Shown piece by piece: positions 1 to 11,128 of a stretch of 46,005 nt of DNA. The position numbers and the translations under genes are program-made. Under the pieces are notes generated by a model, which saw nothing but the letters and a program-made list of their open reading frames with translations, was not told the DNA's origin and did no database searches. Every line of letters starts with the position of its first letter. The first letter of the stretch is position 1. The stretch is from Octopus bimaculoides (lineage: Eukaryota): the NCBI RefSeq assembly GCF_001194135.2, contig NC_068983.1, forward strand, positions 100,485,905-100,531,909, given 5' to 3'.

Positions 1-4
1 CATG

Positions 5-348
5 TGTAGTAACGCCGTGCGCATGCGTAGAATTAAACAACCAAGCGTTCCCGCTCAATTCATTCTCTTTCTCGCTGGCCAGCGATTGAGCATGGACGTA
101 TTTAAGCTGTCTCTCTACATCTTTCGGACTTACACTCGACAGCTCGCTCACAACTACAGAACAACGTCCCAACAACTATGCTCATACACACAGAAGCTGT
201 AACAACAAGAACTAAAGATGTATATATTTACCACCTAAATAAAGTGTTGTTTAAGTTGATAGTCTGGAGTTCAGCGTTCCGTTATATTCTAAGTTTATAG
301 TAGGAAAGTCAGGTATACATCTAAAGATGTATAACCAACTTTCCTATA
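5..348 (+). mobile_element. Solo LTR-like element, copy 1 (subfamily A)
   Basis: Begins TGTAGTAAC and ends TTCCTATA. Flanked by CATG at 1-4 and 349-352 (4-bp TSD). Internal AATAAA at about 238. Highly similar to 2922-3250 and 17720-18047. Confidence 0.75.
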
Positions 349-917
349 CATGTATATGTTGATACTTTTTCCTTAAGGCAGTCGAACATTATTTCAAATT
401 TACAACTTCTAATACACAATGAAGGTGAACAACAAAAATAATCTTGGCAGAAGAAATAATAACGAAACAATCAAAATAATAATCGATAAAAAAAAATCAA
501 TAATATCTGATGACAAAATCAGAACTTAACATAAATTCATTGAATTCTTTGTTGAACTGATGAAAAAATCGATAAAGCAAACTATATAAATTGAAAGTCA
601 ACAGCATTATGTACGAACTCAGATTTAAGGGATCTATTTGTTTATCTAAGGAATGAGAGAATGATTAGGAGAGTGTGAGAAAGAAAAATGTTCTTTGAAT
701 GTTTGTGTATAGCTGTATGTCTATGTGAATGCATGAAATAAATAAATACTTGAGAGGATTATGTGCTCATGTCAGAAAATATGAGTGGTTGCGTTTACGC
801 ATGAATATACATTCGCATGTGTGTCGTTAAATCGTCACTATTTTCACTACTATTACCGCTATCATAATTATCATCGTGCGCATGAAACAAAGTATAAAGT
901 GTCGTACGAATACATAC

Positions 918-1095
918 CTGTGCAATCAATGATGAACACCCACGTGGTAACACCAGGTCTCATTGTTACTTTGGCATTTTCAATAAGGTACGTCACGTGT
1001 CTGATAGAATCTTCAACTGTGATTTTCCGTGCGGTTGTCTGTATGAAACTGGAATAGATAACTGGACGGCCCAATTCATCAAACCCGACTTGTCT
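918..1095 (-). CDS. Internal coding exon of a CRAL-TRIO/Sec14-like lipid-binding protein (start of the lipid-binding domain)
   Basis: Minus strand: acceptor ttattttcttacttag|AGA CAA GTC and donor ACA G|GTATGT. 178 nt encode RQVGFDELGRPVIYSSFIQTTARKITVEDSIRHVTYLIENAKVTMRPGVTTWVFIIDCT(G). The GxDxxGRPV and WVFIIDCxG motifs are typical of CRAL-TRIO domains. Its phase-0 start matches the phase-0 end of the 18622 exon. Confidence 0.9.
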
Positions 1096-1693
1096 CTAAG
1101 TAAGAAAATAAATAACAATACTCAATAAATTCAACAATAAACATATTTGGATGAACAAAGTTCTCTATTAATCACAATAGGAATATATACTTAAATTACA
1201 TTTTTAAAACTTAAAATTTTAAATAAAATTGCTCCAACCTTATATTTACATAAACTGGCTTTTAGTATGCAGAAGACTTGTTATTTGTGCTGCTGAATAT
1301 TATTTGAACGGGCGATGTCTTTGCCATAAAATGTGCAACTTCAAAAAATTGAAACCTGAGACTTACGGATTAATTTCGTTTGTTTGAAGGCTTAACTCTG
1401 GATACAATATGATGGGGAAGAAAGTGGATCAATGTACAATTAAATGGAGCAGAGTTGTCCACGCAGTGTAGTCAGTGATAGATAGGGACAGAATTTGGAA
1501 CATAACAGTGATGGATGAGAGCTTCCACAATGCAGATAATGATAGTGTGGAACCTAGATCACACTATAATTAATGACGGAAGTAAACCACGATACTAATG
1601 GAGTTTGGGTTATTAGTATGACGTCATCTAGTAATAAGGATAAAATCAGGGTTACATCTAGCCTATACGAAATGTACTGCGATTATTGCTGTT

Positions 1694-1894
1694 GCTAGCA
1701 GAATCGTTAGCACGCTGGGTAATGCTTAGCGGTATTTCGCCCGTCTTTACGGTGAAAGTTCGAATTCCGCTGAGGTCGACTTTGCCTTTCATCCTTTCGG
1801 AGTCGATAAGATAAGTGCCAGTTATGCACTGGGGTCAATTTAATCGACTGGCTCCTTCCCCAAAAATTTTAAGCCTTGTGCTTTGGTAGAAAGG
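1694..1894 (+). mobile_element. tRNA-type SINE, family 1
   Basis: Contains GCAGAATCGTTAGCACG, a B-box-like GTTCGAATTC and the core GAGGTCGACTTTGCCTTTCATCCTTTCGG. Followed by an (ATT)n tail. Confidence 0.85.

Positions 1895-1955
<61 letters not shown>
1895..1955. repeat. (TTA)n microsatellite
   Basis: Directly visible. Confidence 0.95.
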
Positions 1956-1956
<1 letters not shown>

Positions 1957-2089
1957 AAAGGTCGCACAGTATCCAATATAGTGATGTTGTTGATTGAAGA
2001 TATTGTGTCTACTGGGGTTTGTACTGCCTGTCAAGTCACAACAAGGACCTCAGACAGTACTTCACGCAATATGCGTGCTGTTCCAAGTA
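1956..2089 (-). mobile_element. 3' end of a Dong/R4-type (RLE) LINE
   Basis: The minus strand encodes LLGTARILREVLS..., then a 3' UTR and a (TAA)n tail. The same C-terminal motif occurs in the 35975 copy (LLGTAHILRKTL). Confidence 0.7.
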
Positions 2090-2743
2090 AATCCGAGATG
2101 TGTGCAGAGCGATGAAACCATTCTGCATGCACTCGTCCAGTGCCCGACAATTTCTAACGTGTGGGTTTATGTCGAGCACTTGCTGTCGCGTGTCGCATGG
2201 GTCTGGCTATCAATCGAATCTATTGTTAAGATTGCTCCGCCCTCTTCCTTTGGTCGGGAAGGCCGGGCAGTTTTCATCTGCCTGGCGGCCATGGCGAATG
2301 AGGTTGTGTGGTGGACAAGACTGAAAGTGCTGAAGACGGGGACTTTCCTCTCTAGTGAATTTCTGATCAATTTTTCAGGTTCCACTTGAAGAGGCGGATC
2401 AGAGTGAGGAGGGAGGTGCTCCCTTGTAGCAAATTTATTGAAAGGTGGATGAGAGCGGCGAGCATAGTTCGTGTGAACTGGCCTGCTCTGAGCATGTGCT
2501 TCTGAATGGAATAAGAAAGAGAGGAAGCACTTGCCTAAGTGGTCAAGGAAACCGTAATTTTCTGTGGGGTTTGCATGGTTTTTCTCATGGAAGTCTTCCC
2601 CACCTATTGGGGAATTGTAATTGTTTAACTTTATTATTTTTTAAAATATTGTTATATATGTTTACACGGTAAACCCCTCCGTTTGTGATTTGTATTTGCG
2701 TTCCTGTGTGTTCTGTGTAGGCCTATGTGGCTAATAAAGAAAA
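2090..2743 (+). mobile_element. 3' fragment of a Tx1/L1-clade LINE
   Basis: Encodes (x)PRCVQSDETILHALVQCPTISNVW...AVFICLAAMANEVVWWTRL, a CCHC/zf-RVT-type C-terminus. Ends with AATAAA (2733-2738) and a short A-rich tail. Confidence 0.75.
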
Positions 2744-2751
2744 CATTATTA

Positions 2752-2924
2752 AAGTCGGCGAGTTGGCAGAATCGTTAGCACGCCAGGCAAAAATGGTTAG
2801 CGGCATTTCATCCGTCTGTACGTTTTGAGTTCAAATTCTTAAGAGGTCGATAAAATAAGTACCAGTTTAGTACTGGGTCGATATAATCGACTAAGCCCCT
2901 TCCCTGAAATTGATGGTCTTGTGC
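2752..2924 (+). mobile_element. SINE family 1 copy (3' end fused to LTR copy 2)
   Basis: Head GGCGAGTTGGCAGAATCGTTAGCACG, with part of the core deleted. Confidence 0.85.
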
Positions 2925-3250
2925 GTAGAATTAAACAACCAAGCGTTCCCGCTCAATTCATTCTCTTTCTTGCTGGCCAGCGATTGAGCATGGACGTGTT
3001 TTTGCTGTCTCTCACCATCTTTCGGACTTTTACACTCGACAGCTCGCTTACACCTACATAACAACGTCCCAACAACTATGCTCGCACAATCAGAAGCTGT
3101 AACAACAAGAGCTAAAGATGTATATATTTACCACCTAAATAAAGTGTTGTTTAAGTTGATAGTTTGGAGTTCAGCGTATCGTTATATTCTTTAATTTTTA
3201 TATACGAAAGTCAGGTATACATCTAATGATGTATAACCAACTTTCCTATA
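2922..3250 (+). mobile_element. Solo LTR-like element, copy 2 (5'-truncated, subfamily A)
   Basis: Collinear and highly similar to copy 1 from TGCGTAGAATTAAAC to CTTTCCTATA. The 5' end is fused to a SINE. Confidence 0.75.
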
Positions 3251-4195
3251 AGGTATTGTCTTCGAAGGCAGAACCTGAATCACAATATAATTCACAGTCA
3301 AATGGCTACTTTACAGTATCTAGTTCTGTACTGAAATATGATTTTAAACTTTATCAATAATCGACTTTAGTTTCACCAATCTTGGATTGATAAGATTAGA
3401 ACCCAAGAAATATTAGGTTCAATTCAACCCTTCTATAAAAAAAAAGAACAATTCTTGTGCCCTACATTCAAAGCAAACATCTATTTTCCTTATATTTCAG
3501 TTAGTTTTATAGTGAGTTTGCAACAGATTCCCTTTGGGAATTCAGTTTCGTTTTTCCTATAATTTCCATTAAGACTTCATCTTCTTGATAACTCAATACA
3601 TTAGTGAAGACATCATTTTCAAGCGTTGATCAGAACTAGGTTTAATTAGTGAAACGATTTATTGTTTTATTGCATTAATCACTAAGCTAATCAACTAAAT
3701 ATCTCAATAGGACATATTTGTAATTAAGATCGACTATAAACAAAAGGTTAAAGGTACAACGTCAATTTCTATGTGCCTCCAGATGATGCAACAAAATAGC
3801 TATTATGCAGTCAGTCGCAAGACTTGCTAGAAATAGCAGCGAAATTTCCCTTAAATTCTACCACTTTAAAATAAGAGAATACGTTGGATTCTGTAGTCCT
3901 GAAAGTCTCTGAAAAAATAGGATGGCTACGGTTGGAATGCCGTTGATCGTAAACATTTTGACCTGGTATTGAACATCAATAACAAATAGCACGTAACTAA
4001 CTTCAACATACTCGGTAAGACAGGCCTGGTAGAAATAACAGCTATACTGCCATTCAAGTTTATCTTAAATAAGGAAGAACACAATGCATACGTTTTCTAT
4101 AAATATGTCACGGCGTCTTTGAGGGAAGGAAAAAAATTATCAACCACACCGCTAGTTGACACATTATTAATTAGCCTGGAAAAAAACATAGATTA

Positions 4196-5046
4196 CATGG
4201 GAAAATGCGAGCAAGAGAAATAATATTAAGATTATAAACCCAGAAAATTACAGGCCAAGTTATTATACTTGGAAAAGTTCAGGACAACTTATTACATCTG
4301 GTGAAGTACAGAACAAGATAATTTTTACTTAATTTATTGCAGCTAAGGATAAAATTTGAGTATTAAAAATTATTTGATTTTAATTTACAGAATAACATTA
4401 TAATTAAAAAAGGTATCATTTTCTTAATGAACCATCATTTTCTTAAATGACATGCTAGAATACTTAGAAAATGAGAACCAGAAGTACCAATATGCAAAGT
4501 AGAATAGTGTATATGGTAGGCAAATTCATTATGTAAAAAGTAGGCATTGGTTCAGGACTAAAAATGTGAAGACTTGGCAATAACTTTACTGTGAATTTGT
4601 TGTTATAGGTAGATTTTACTGTAATATATAACTAATTTTTGTATTATTCTATTTATTGTAATAACTAATTATGTACTACTATTATTTTTATAACCTATTT
4701 TCAAATTTCTAATTATTAATTAATAATTTTTAAAAATGAATTTTTAAAGTGCAAAAATATTTTGTGTTATTTTTCATTTTTAATAGAAGTAACAAGTAAT
4801 AACAGATAGAAATAATAACTTGTAATAAAATGTTTAGCTTTAATAAAAGCTACTATTTTCTAGATCTAAATATTTTATTTGAAATTTTATCCTTATCTGC
4901 AATATTTTAAGTAAAAATTTTCTTGTTCTGTACTTTACCAGATGTAATAAGCTGTCCTGAACTTTTTCAAGTGTAATAACTTGACCTGTAATTTTCCAGG
5001 TTTATTATCTTAAGAATATTAGTTCTCTTGCTCGCATTTTTCCATG
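4196..5046. mobile_element. MITE with ~165-bp TIRs and TA target duplication (Tc1/mariner-like)
   Basis: TA|CATGGGAAAATGCGAGCAAGAG... (4196-~4357) is the inverted repeat of ...CTCTTGCTCGCATTTTTCCATG|TA (~4885-5046). The interior is AT-rich and non-coding. Confidence 0.8.
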
Positions 5047-5065
5047 TAATATATATCTATATAAT

Positions 5066-5270
5066 AAGGCAGTGAGCTGGCAGAAGCCTTAGCATGCTGC
5101 GCAAAATGCTTAGCAATATTTCGTCCCTCTTTGCGTTCTGAGTTCAAATACTGCCGAGGTCGACTTTACCTTCCATCCTTTCGGGGTCGATAAAATAAGT
5201 ACCAATTGAGTACTGGGGGTCGATGCAATCGACTTACACCCTCACCCTTGTTCCAAAATCTGAAACCAAT
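5066..5270 (+). mobile_element. SINE family 1 copy
   Basis: Full head, core and GAAACCAAT tail. Confidence 0.85.
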
Positions 5271-5631
5271 ATATAAGTGTATACAGTACGTGTGTATATA
5301 TATCTGAAACTAATATATGTGTACACAGTATGTGTGTATACATATCTGCTCATCCTCAGCTTCTGTCACAACTCATTAATCACAATTGTGTAATTAGGTA
5401 ATTCCACTGGTTGCTATACCTACCATCCCCACTTCGCCTTACATCTTCCTTATGTATGTGCGTCTATGCTATTATTGTATACGTGACGTTCTGTCCACTT
5501 CTCAGGTTGCATTCTCTCTTCTTTTACCTCACTTGATCTGACCTTCATCAAATACCTCATATTTCAACTGACTTGAATCCTGTAACAAACTCCTTTATTC
5601 CTTTCACACTTCTTTTCTCCCACAACTTTAT

Positions 5632-5857
5632 ATCATTTATCTTTTACTTGTTTCAGTTATTAGACTGCGGCCATGCTGGGGCACCGTCTTCAAGAATTTT
5701 TAGTCAAATGAATCGACCCCCAGTACTCATTTTATTATTTTTTTTTTTTTGTTAAGCTTGGTACTTATCCTATCATTCTTTTGCCGAACCGCTAGGTTAC
5801 GGGAACGTAAACACACTAACACCTGTCGTTAAGCAGTGGTGGTGGACACACACACAC

Positions 5858-5894
<37 letters not shown>

Positions 5895-5998
5895 TGCGTA
5901 ACACCTTGGGTACTATAGGTAGGGAAGCAAGTTTCTTATCACACAGCTGCACCTGCTGCCTCTGCGCCTGCCACCTCTGTGCCTGCCATAGCTGCACC
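5632..5998 (-). mobile_element. SINE family 2 (CORE-type octopus-like SINE with internal microsatellite), internally deleted
   Basis: Tail GACTGCGGCCATGCTGGGGCACC and GCCGAACCGCTAGGTTACGG, internal (CA)n(TA)n, head GGGAAGCAAGTTTCTTATCACACAGC. Shared with 38040-38435 and 45558-45966. Confidence 0.8.
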
Positions 5999-6188
5999 TT
6001 TATTGACATTGTTTCTTTTTACCCAAAACGGTTAAGATTTTTCTTCTTTACAGAATAAAATTTATTTCATTTTATTTGTATTTCTTGTTGCTGACGTTGA
6101 ACATAGATAGTATCCTCAGATTTTATTTTACCATCAAGTATATGCAATAATAAATCTCCAAGCGAGATATAGACAGTAGCAGCACGAC

Positions 6189-6503
6189 ATCGTGAAGTAT
6201 GTTTGCCACCTAAATGTGGCTAACCCCTAAGGGTCGATGCTACTGTAACTTGTAGCCCCAGGAAGACATCTCATCCAGCTGGCTATTGATATACTATCAG
6301 TATTTGCAAAGGGAAGTCATCATCCAATCTCCAGCCAGACGTGATACACACGGACACGAGTTTCTGGGTTTTTGCAAATACTGATAGGGCACAAACAGTG
6401 TGTCAATAGCCAGCTGGAGGAGATGTCTTCCTGGGGCTACAATCTACAGTAGCATCGACCCTTAAGGGTTAGCCACATTTAGGTGGCAAATATACTTCAC
6501 GAT
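6189..6503. mobile_element. Palindromic MITE with ~120-130 bp arms and a 60-bp spacer
   Basis: 6189-6310 is the near-perfect reverse complement of 6371-6503. The right arm carries about 11 extra bases. Confidence 0.8.
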
Positions 6504-9500
6504 CAAGTACATGGTTTCTATTTTTGTGAAATTATTTTTCTTTATATTTAATATTTCTGTACAATTAATCTTACCTGTTATAGTACAGAAAACTATTCAG
6601 CCTTGTAGGCAACTGATAGTGTTGAAAATAACACATCAGAAGATACGACATTGACGTATTGAGACAAAGTAAGAGCATTTGTCCAAGAAGACACGAATGT
6701 GCGCTTGAGAAGGAAAGGGTAGAGGGAAAATGAATAAAGGGACTTTTGTGTGCCGATACATTAACTAATAGTAGAACAGCAAGATTAATAGAAACTAGAC
6801 CAAAAAAATTCCTAACAATCAAAAGACAACTAGACATGATAATATATATAATAGATAAAATAATACAGCGCCAGGTTGGATACTCCACAATATCTGAACA
6901 GTTATCACCAGACTTATCGAATGCAAATCATACCAGTGTCAATCGATTTCTTCTTCCATCTGACAATAATCGCTAAAAAAAAAAATATATAAAAATAAGC
7001 TAGGGTTGATTCAGTTTGCTATGATTCTCTCACATAAAAATAAAGCTCGATGCCTTGTTATATAAATTACGTGTTGGATAGTAAACATCATGCCAACGTG
7101 TCTTCATGTTTGTTTGAGCGAGGATTGGATTTAGTGTCATGTGTTTGTTTGCTCAACAAAACTACCTTATCTTCATTGTATTAAAGATTAAGTCGTTGAG
7201 TATTTCACAGACAATTATTATTAATATATTGTTTGGATAGATTCAGCTGACAAAGTATGTGATACAAATGATTCTTGGAATTATGCGTACAAGGCACTTC
7301 AACGGACTTCCAACGTTTACGTCAACCTGGTCTTCTTCACAAGACTTAGGTTGACTCCAGTTCATCATAAAAGGCATTCGCTTCAGACACCGTACAATGG
7401 GATAGAACAAGAAATATTCTAATTGAGAAGTGGCGCCATATATTATAATTACTACGCATGAATCACATGCACAATAGTTAACAATAAAAGATACTAACTT
7501 TTACAACAACTGTGTCTCATTGAGTAATCGTCTAATCTGCATCAAACTTTTATTTCAAGATATTTCTGTTGATACTGAAAATATTTCTGTACTAGCTTTC
7601 TTTTTACCATAAGACAACATGCAAAATTTACTCTATTTTCTGCTTTCTTGAGCAAGTTTTACTAGTTTCACGATCGACCAGATTCTAATAAATTTTTACT
7701 TCTTTCAAGAATATTCTTTCAGGCTTTCTGTAGCAGCTCTATTCTTTTATCCATATGATTAATCATTCAAAGACTTATTTTCTTATTCTTCCTTATCTTT
7801 GACCAACACATAATCTATGGATGCCATTACTGTTAATATTATTTAGCACTCTTTGAAACGTTGATCAAAATTAGATTCATTCAGTGAAATGATTTACTGG
7901 TTAATCAAGCAATCCAAACTAAATATTTGTATAGAACATCATCTATATAATACTAAAATTCAATTTATGTTTGTCTTGTTTGTGTTTCTTGTTTTTTTTT
8001 TTTCGCCGAAACTGTGCATTGATAGAAGAGAACGTTTCGACCTATGTACTTTTGTGCATACACGTTTGTGCATGAGAAGCTGTCAAGGGAACTCGATCGC
8101 TTGTGGGGTCAAAGACAAGAATTTTGCTCATTATACCGAAACTTTTGGAAATGAGAAGAGAACGCGCTAGATGTATACTCATACAGTGGACGATTTATAA
8201 TAATTAAAAAAGTAGAAGAGACATATAGGCACATACATATTCGCATATATACAGAGTATGTGCGTATTTTTCAAAATCTTTTCCTCTTTCTCTTCCTACT
8301 CCATCTCCTTTCTTCTATTCTCCCTCTCTTGCTGTGCGCACACACACATGTTTTCAACATCACTTTTACAAATGTAAAACTGAAAGAATTTTATCATATA
8401 AATCTTCTCTCTGAATCATTGAAAATACTCTTGGCGTCCATACAAATATTTTTGTTTATTAATTCGGATTCACAATATCAAGATTTTTCAGAAGTAGGGT
8501 GAGATGCAAGGACTTGGAGATACGCTGCATTTATCTCGCCTGATTAGAATTTGATAATTTGTTCCTTCTCATGGTGGGATTATAGTTCAAATTGCAATCA
8601 GTTGAAGTACAGTTTACTAGGTTGAAGCTGGTCACGAAGTCAGAGGATCACGTAACATTATAAATGATAGTTGCAACTTAAGTTACAGCTACATTAGGTC
8701 TGTGAATGCATCATGTGACAGCATAGATAATTGCACGCTGTGTCCGGTATTACGCCACGTGGCAATATGAATGACAATTGCGCCACGAGTCAAAGCTATT
8801 TGCTTAACATAGGTGATTGGAAGATTTTAGAAGAGTGGTAGATTCATGTGGAGGTGCTGGTGGTGAGAGTAATTTGAGCAAAAGTAGCTGGGAGAATTCG
8901 TTGCTGATCTCAAGATGAAAACAATGAGATTCGTGGAAAGTGTAAATTAAGTACCCAGAGACGGTTCGTCTCTGAGTGAAGAGTGTTGCCTGGAAAGCAG
9001 ACATGAGTAAGGATTGAGAGGTTTTAGTCTCAATGAGGAAGAGACGTGTAGTTTGCGTCTTGGTGAGAGGTGACATGCTGTCGGGTGTCAGGTTGGATTG
9101 GATTCCATATATGATAGAGAAGATGAAGTAGAATTATAAAACTGTTTTCGTTTTTGGTATCTCGGGAAGTGTAGAGTGTGTCGATGTGTTGTGACGTCAC
9201 GATAACTTCCTGCTAAGAGCCCTAAGATTCTTGTCCGAATGATTGCAACAGAGTGAAGTCCGTCAAGGACCACCATGGGTCAGTGATGATATTAAACCGG
9301 GCGTTGTGATGTGCAACGCTTCTCCCCCAAATGGAAGGACATCTACCCATATTAAGTCAATGATAATCTACCATTATATCGATTTATAATTGCTTGATTT
9401 TAATTTACAGAATAACCAGAATACAATTTTCCAGAAATACCAATATATCGTTTTATAATTGCTTACAGAAAATAGATATGTAGTTGTATATATACGAGAA

Positions 9501-9520
9501 TGTGTATATCTATATTTCGC

Positions 9521-9575
<55 letters not shown>

Positions 9576-10767
9576 TTCCCAAACACTAGACTTTCATAAA
9601 AGAAATTACAAAACAATGATTACAGGTGCACCATCAAACACCTTTATACATTATGAAATGTTTTAAGAACTGCTGCAGATGATCAGTTACGAATCTTGGT
9701 AAGCGATCATTCAACGATTCGTTGATTTTCCCCATCTCTTCTTTGACAGTTCATATTTTATGTACTAGGGGCAATAACAATTGTAAGAAGAAGAAAAAGA
9801 ATAGTAATACAAGGACGAGTGCTGCGAGACTTGAAAAGGATACTGAAAACAACAGTAGTAGGAAGAGGTTCGGAGGTGGAGTAAGAGAGAGCCTATAGCG
9901 ACAGTAACAGTTAATGTTTGGAAAATCAATAAAGCAATCTATAAATAGATTCAATAAACGTTAGGAAAACACCATGTTCTTCTTGGTGATATCAATAGAT
10001 TTTAGTTTTTCCGTTGGGCTTTTCATATTCTGTTTTAATTTTCCATCGTTTCGCTGCATCAGGTACGTAACGTAATTTCAGTTGAACAGCGATCTACATT
10101 TACATTACTCGTTCTCAAATGTTAGATATTGATCAAAAGAATTTATTATATTATTGTATGCAAATCTCTGTGTTTGCAGAAGAGAGAAGAGCACAGCTTT
10201 TCTATTCAATAGTGTTTGTGTAAAACAGGTGGTATTTAGTCATATATAAAAAAAAACGTCGGTGTGCGCAATCGAAACAGCATTAAATTAAAATTGCCAT
10301 CTGTGAATCATACTAAATGCATTGTTCGACTAAAGGTAGTACTCCAGCATGACCGCAGTCAAATGACTGAAATAAAAAAAAAGAATAAAATAATACACCG
10401 TAGAAAAGCATGTTGCTGTAGCATCTGTCTGAGAGAAAATCTCTTCATTGACGCGTTGAACTAATAAAAGTCGAAATAAAACGAATATCGTCGCAGCAGT
10501 AACGTATAGAACGGTAGACGCGTTTGCCCCTTCTTGGGATTTGTTAATAATGTGCATCCATTTGTCACATGCTTGAAAGAAAATCCTGCCTCGTTATATA
10601 AGAAACAGCGAGTGCGTCTAAAGTTCCCATGTCTCAGTGCTTCGAAGATGGTTGTTTTTGCTTCGGTATATAAATCGTGTTTCGAACACGTCTATAGCGA
10701 TATTTTTAGAAAGACTCCCTCCCGTCCCGTTTTCTCCCCAATTTTTTTTTCCCAAAACCCCCGTTTT

Positions 10768-11095
10768 CGGATACGGAGATTCCGGAAAATTGCCAAAAAT
10801 CGGCATTTTGAAATTTGCACCCCCACCATCAATTTCTTCATTTTTGACTTTTTCCCCTAACCCTTACCCTAAAACCTTAACCACAAAAAATTTTTGAAAT
10901 TTTTTTCAGAATCATAATCTCCGCATTTTCCCGCATATTTTGGAAAAAAAAAAAAAAAAATTCTGAAAAAAGTAACCGTACACTGCGAGGGGAGGGGTGT
11001 GTGATTTTTTTTCCCTTTTTTTAAATTGAAATTTTACAAAAATTATTGGAAATATTTTTCAGAATCATAATCTTCGTATTTTTCCGCATATTTTG

Positions 11096-11128
<33 letters not shown>

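Noticed and set aside
8800-9280. Weak APE-endonuclease-like words (RLFLIETK, IRTRILGL) on the minus strand
   Set aside because: Too degenerate to call without a profile search; possibly an old LINE fragment.
9275-9400. GTGATGA C-box-like motif (possible intronic C/D snoRNA)
   Set aside because: There is no D box or terminal stem at a suitable distance, and it is antisense to the host gene.
10855-10882. Interstitial telomere
   Set aside because: Only about four degenerate units, embedded in an inverted-repeat element.
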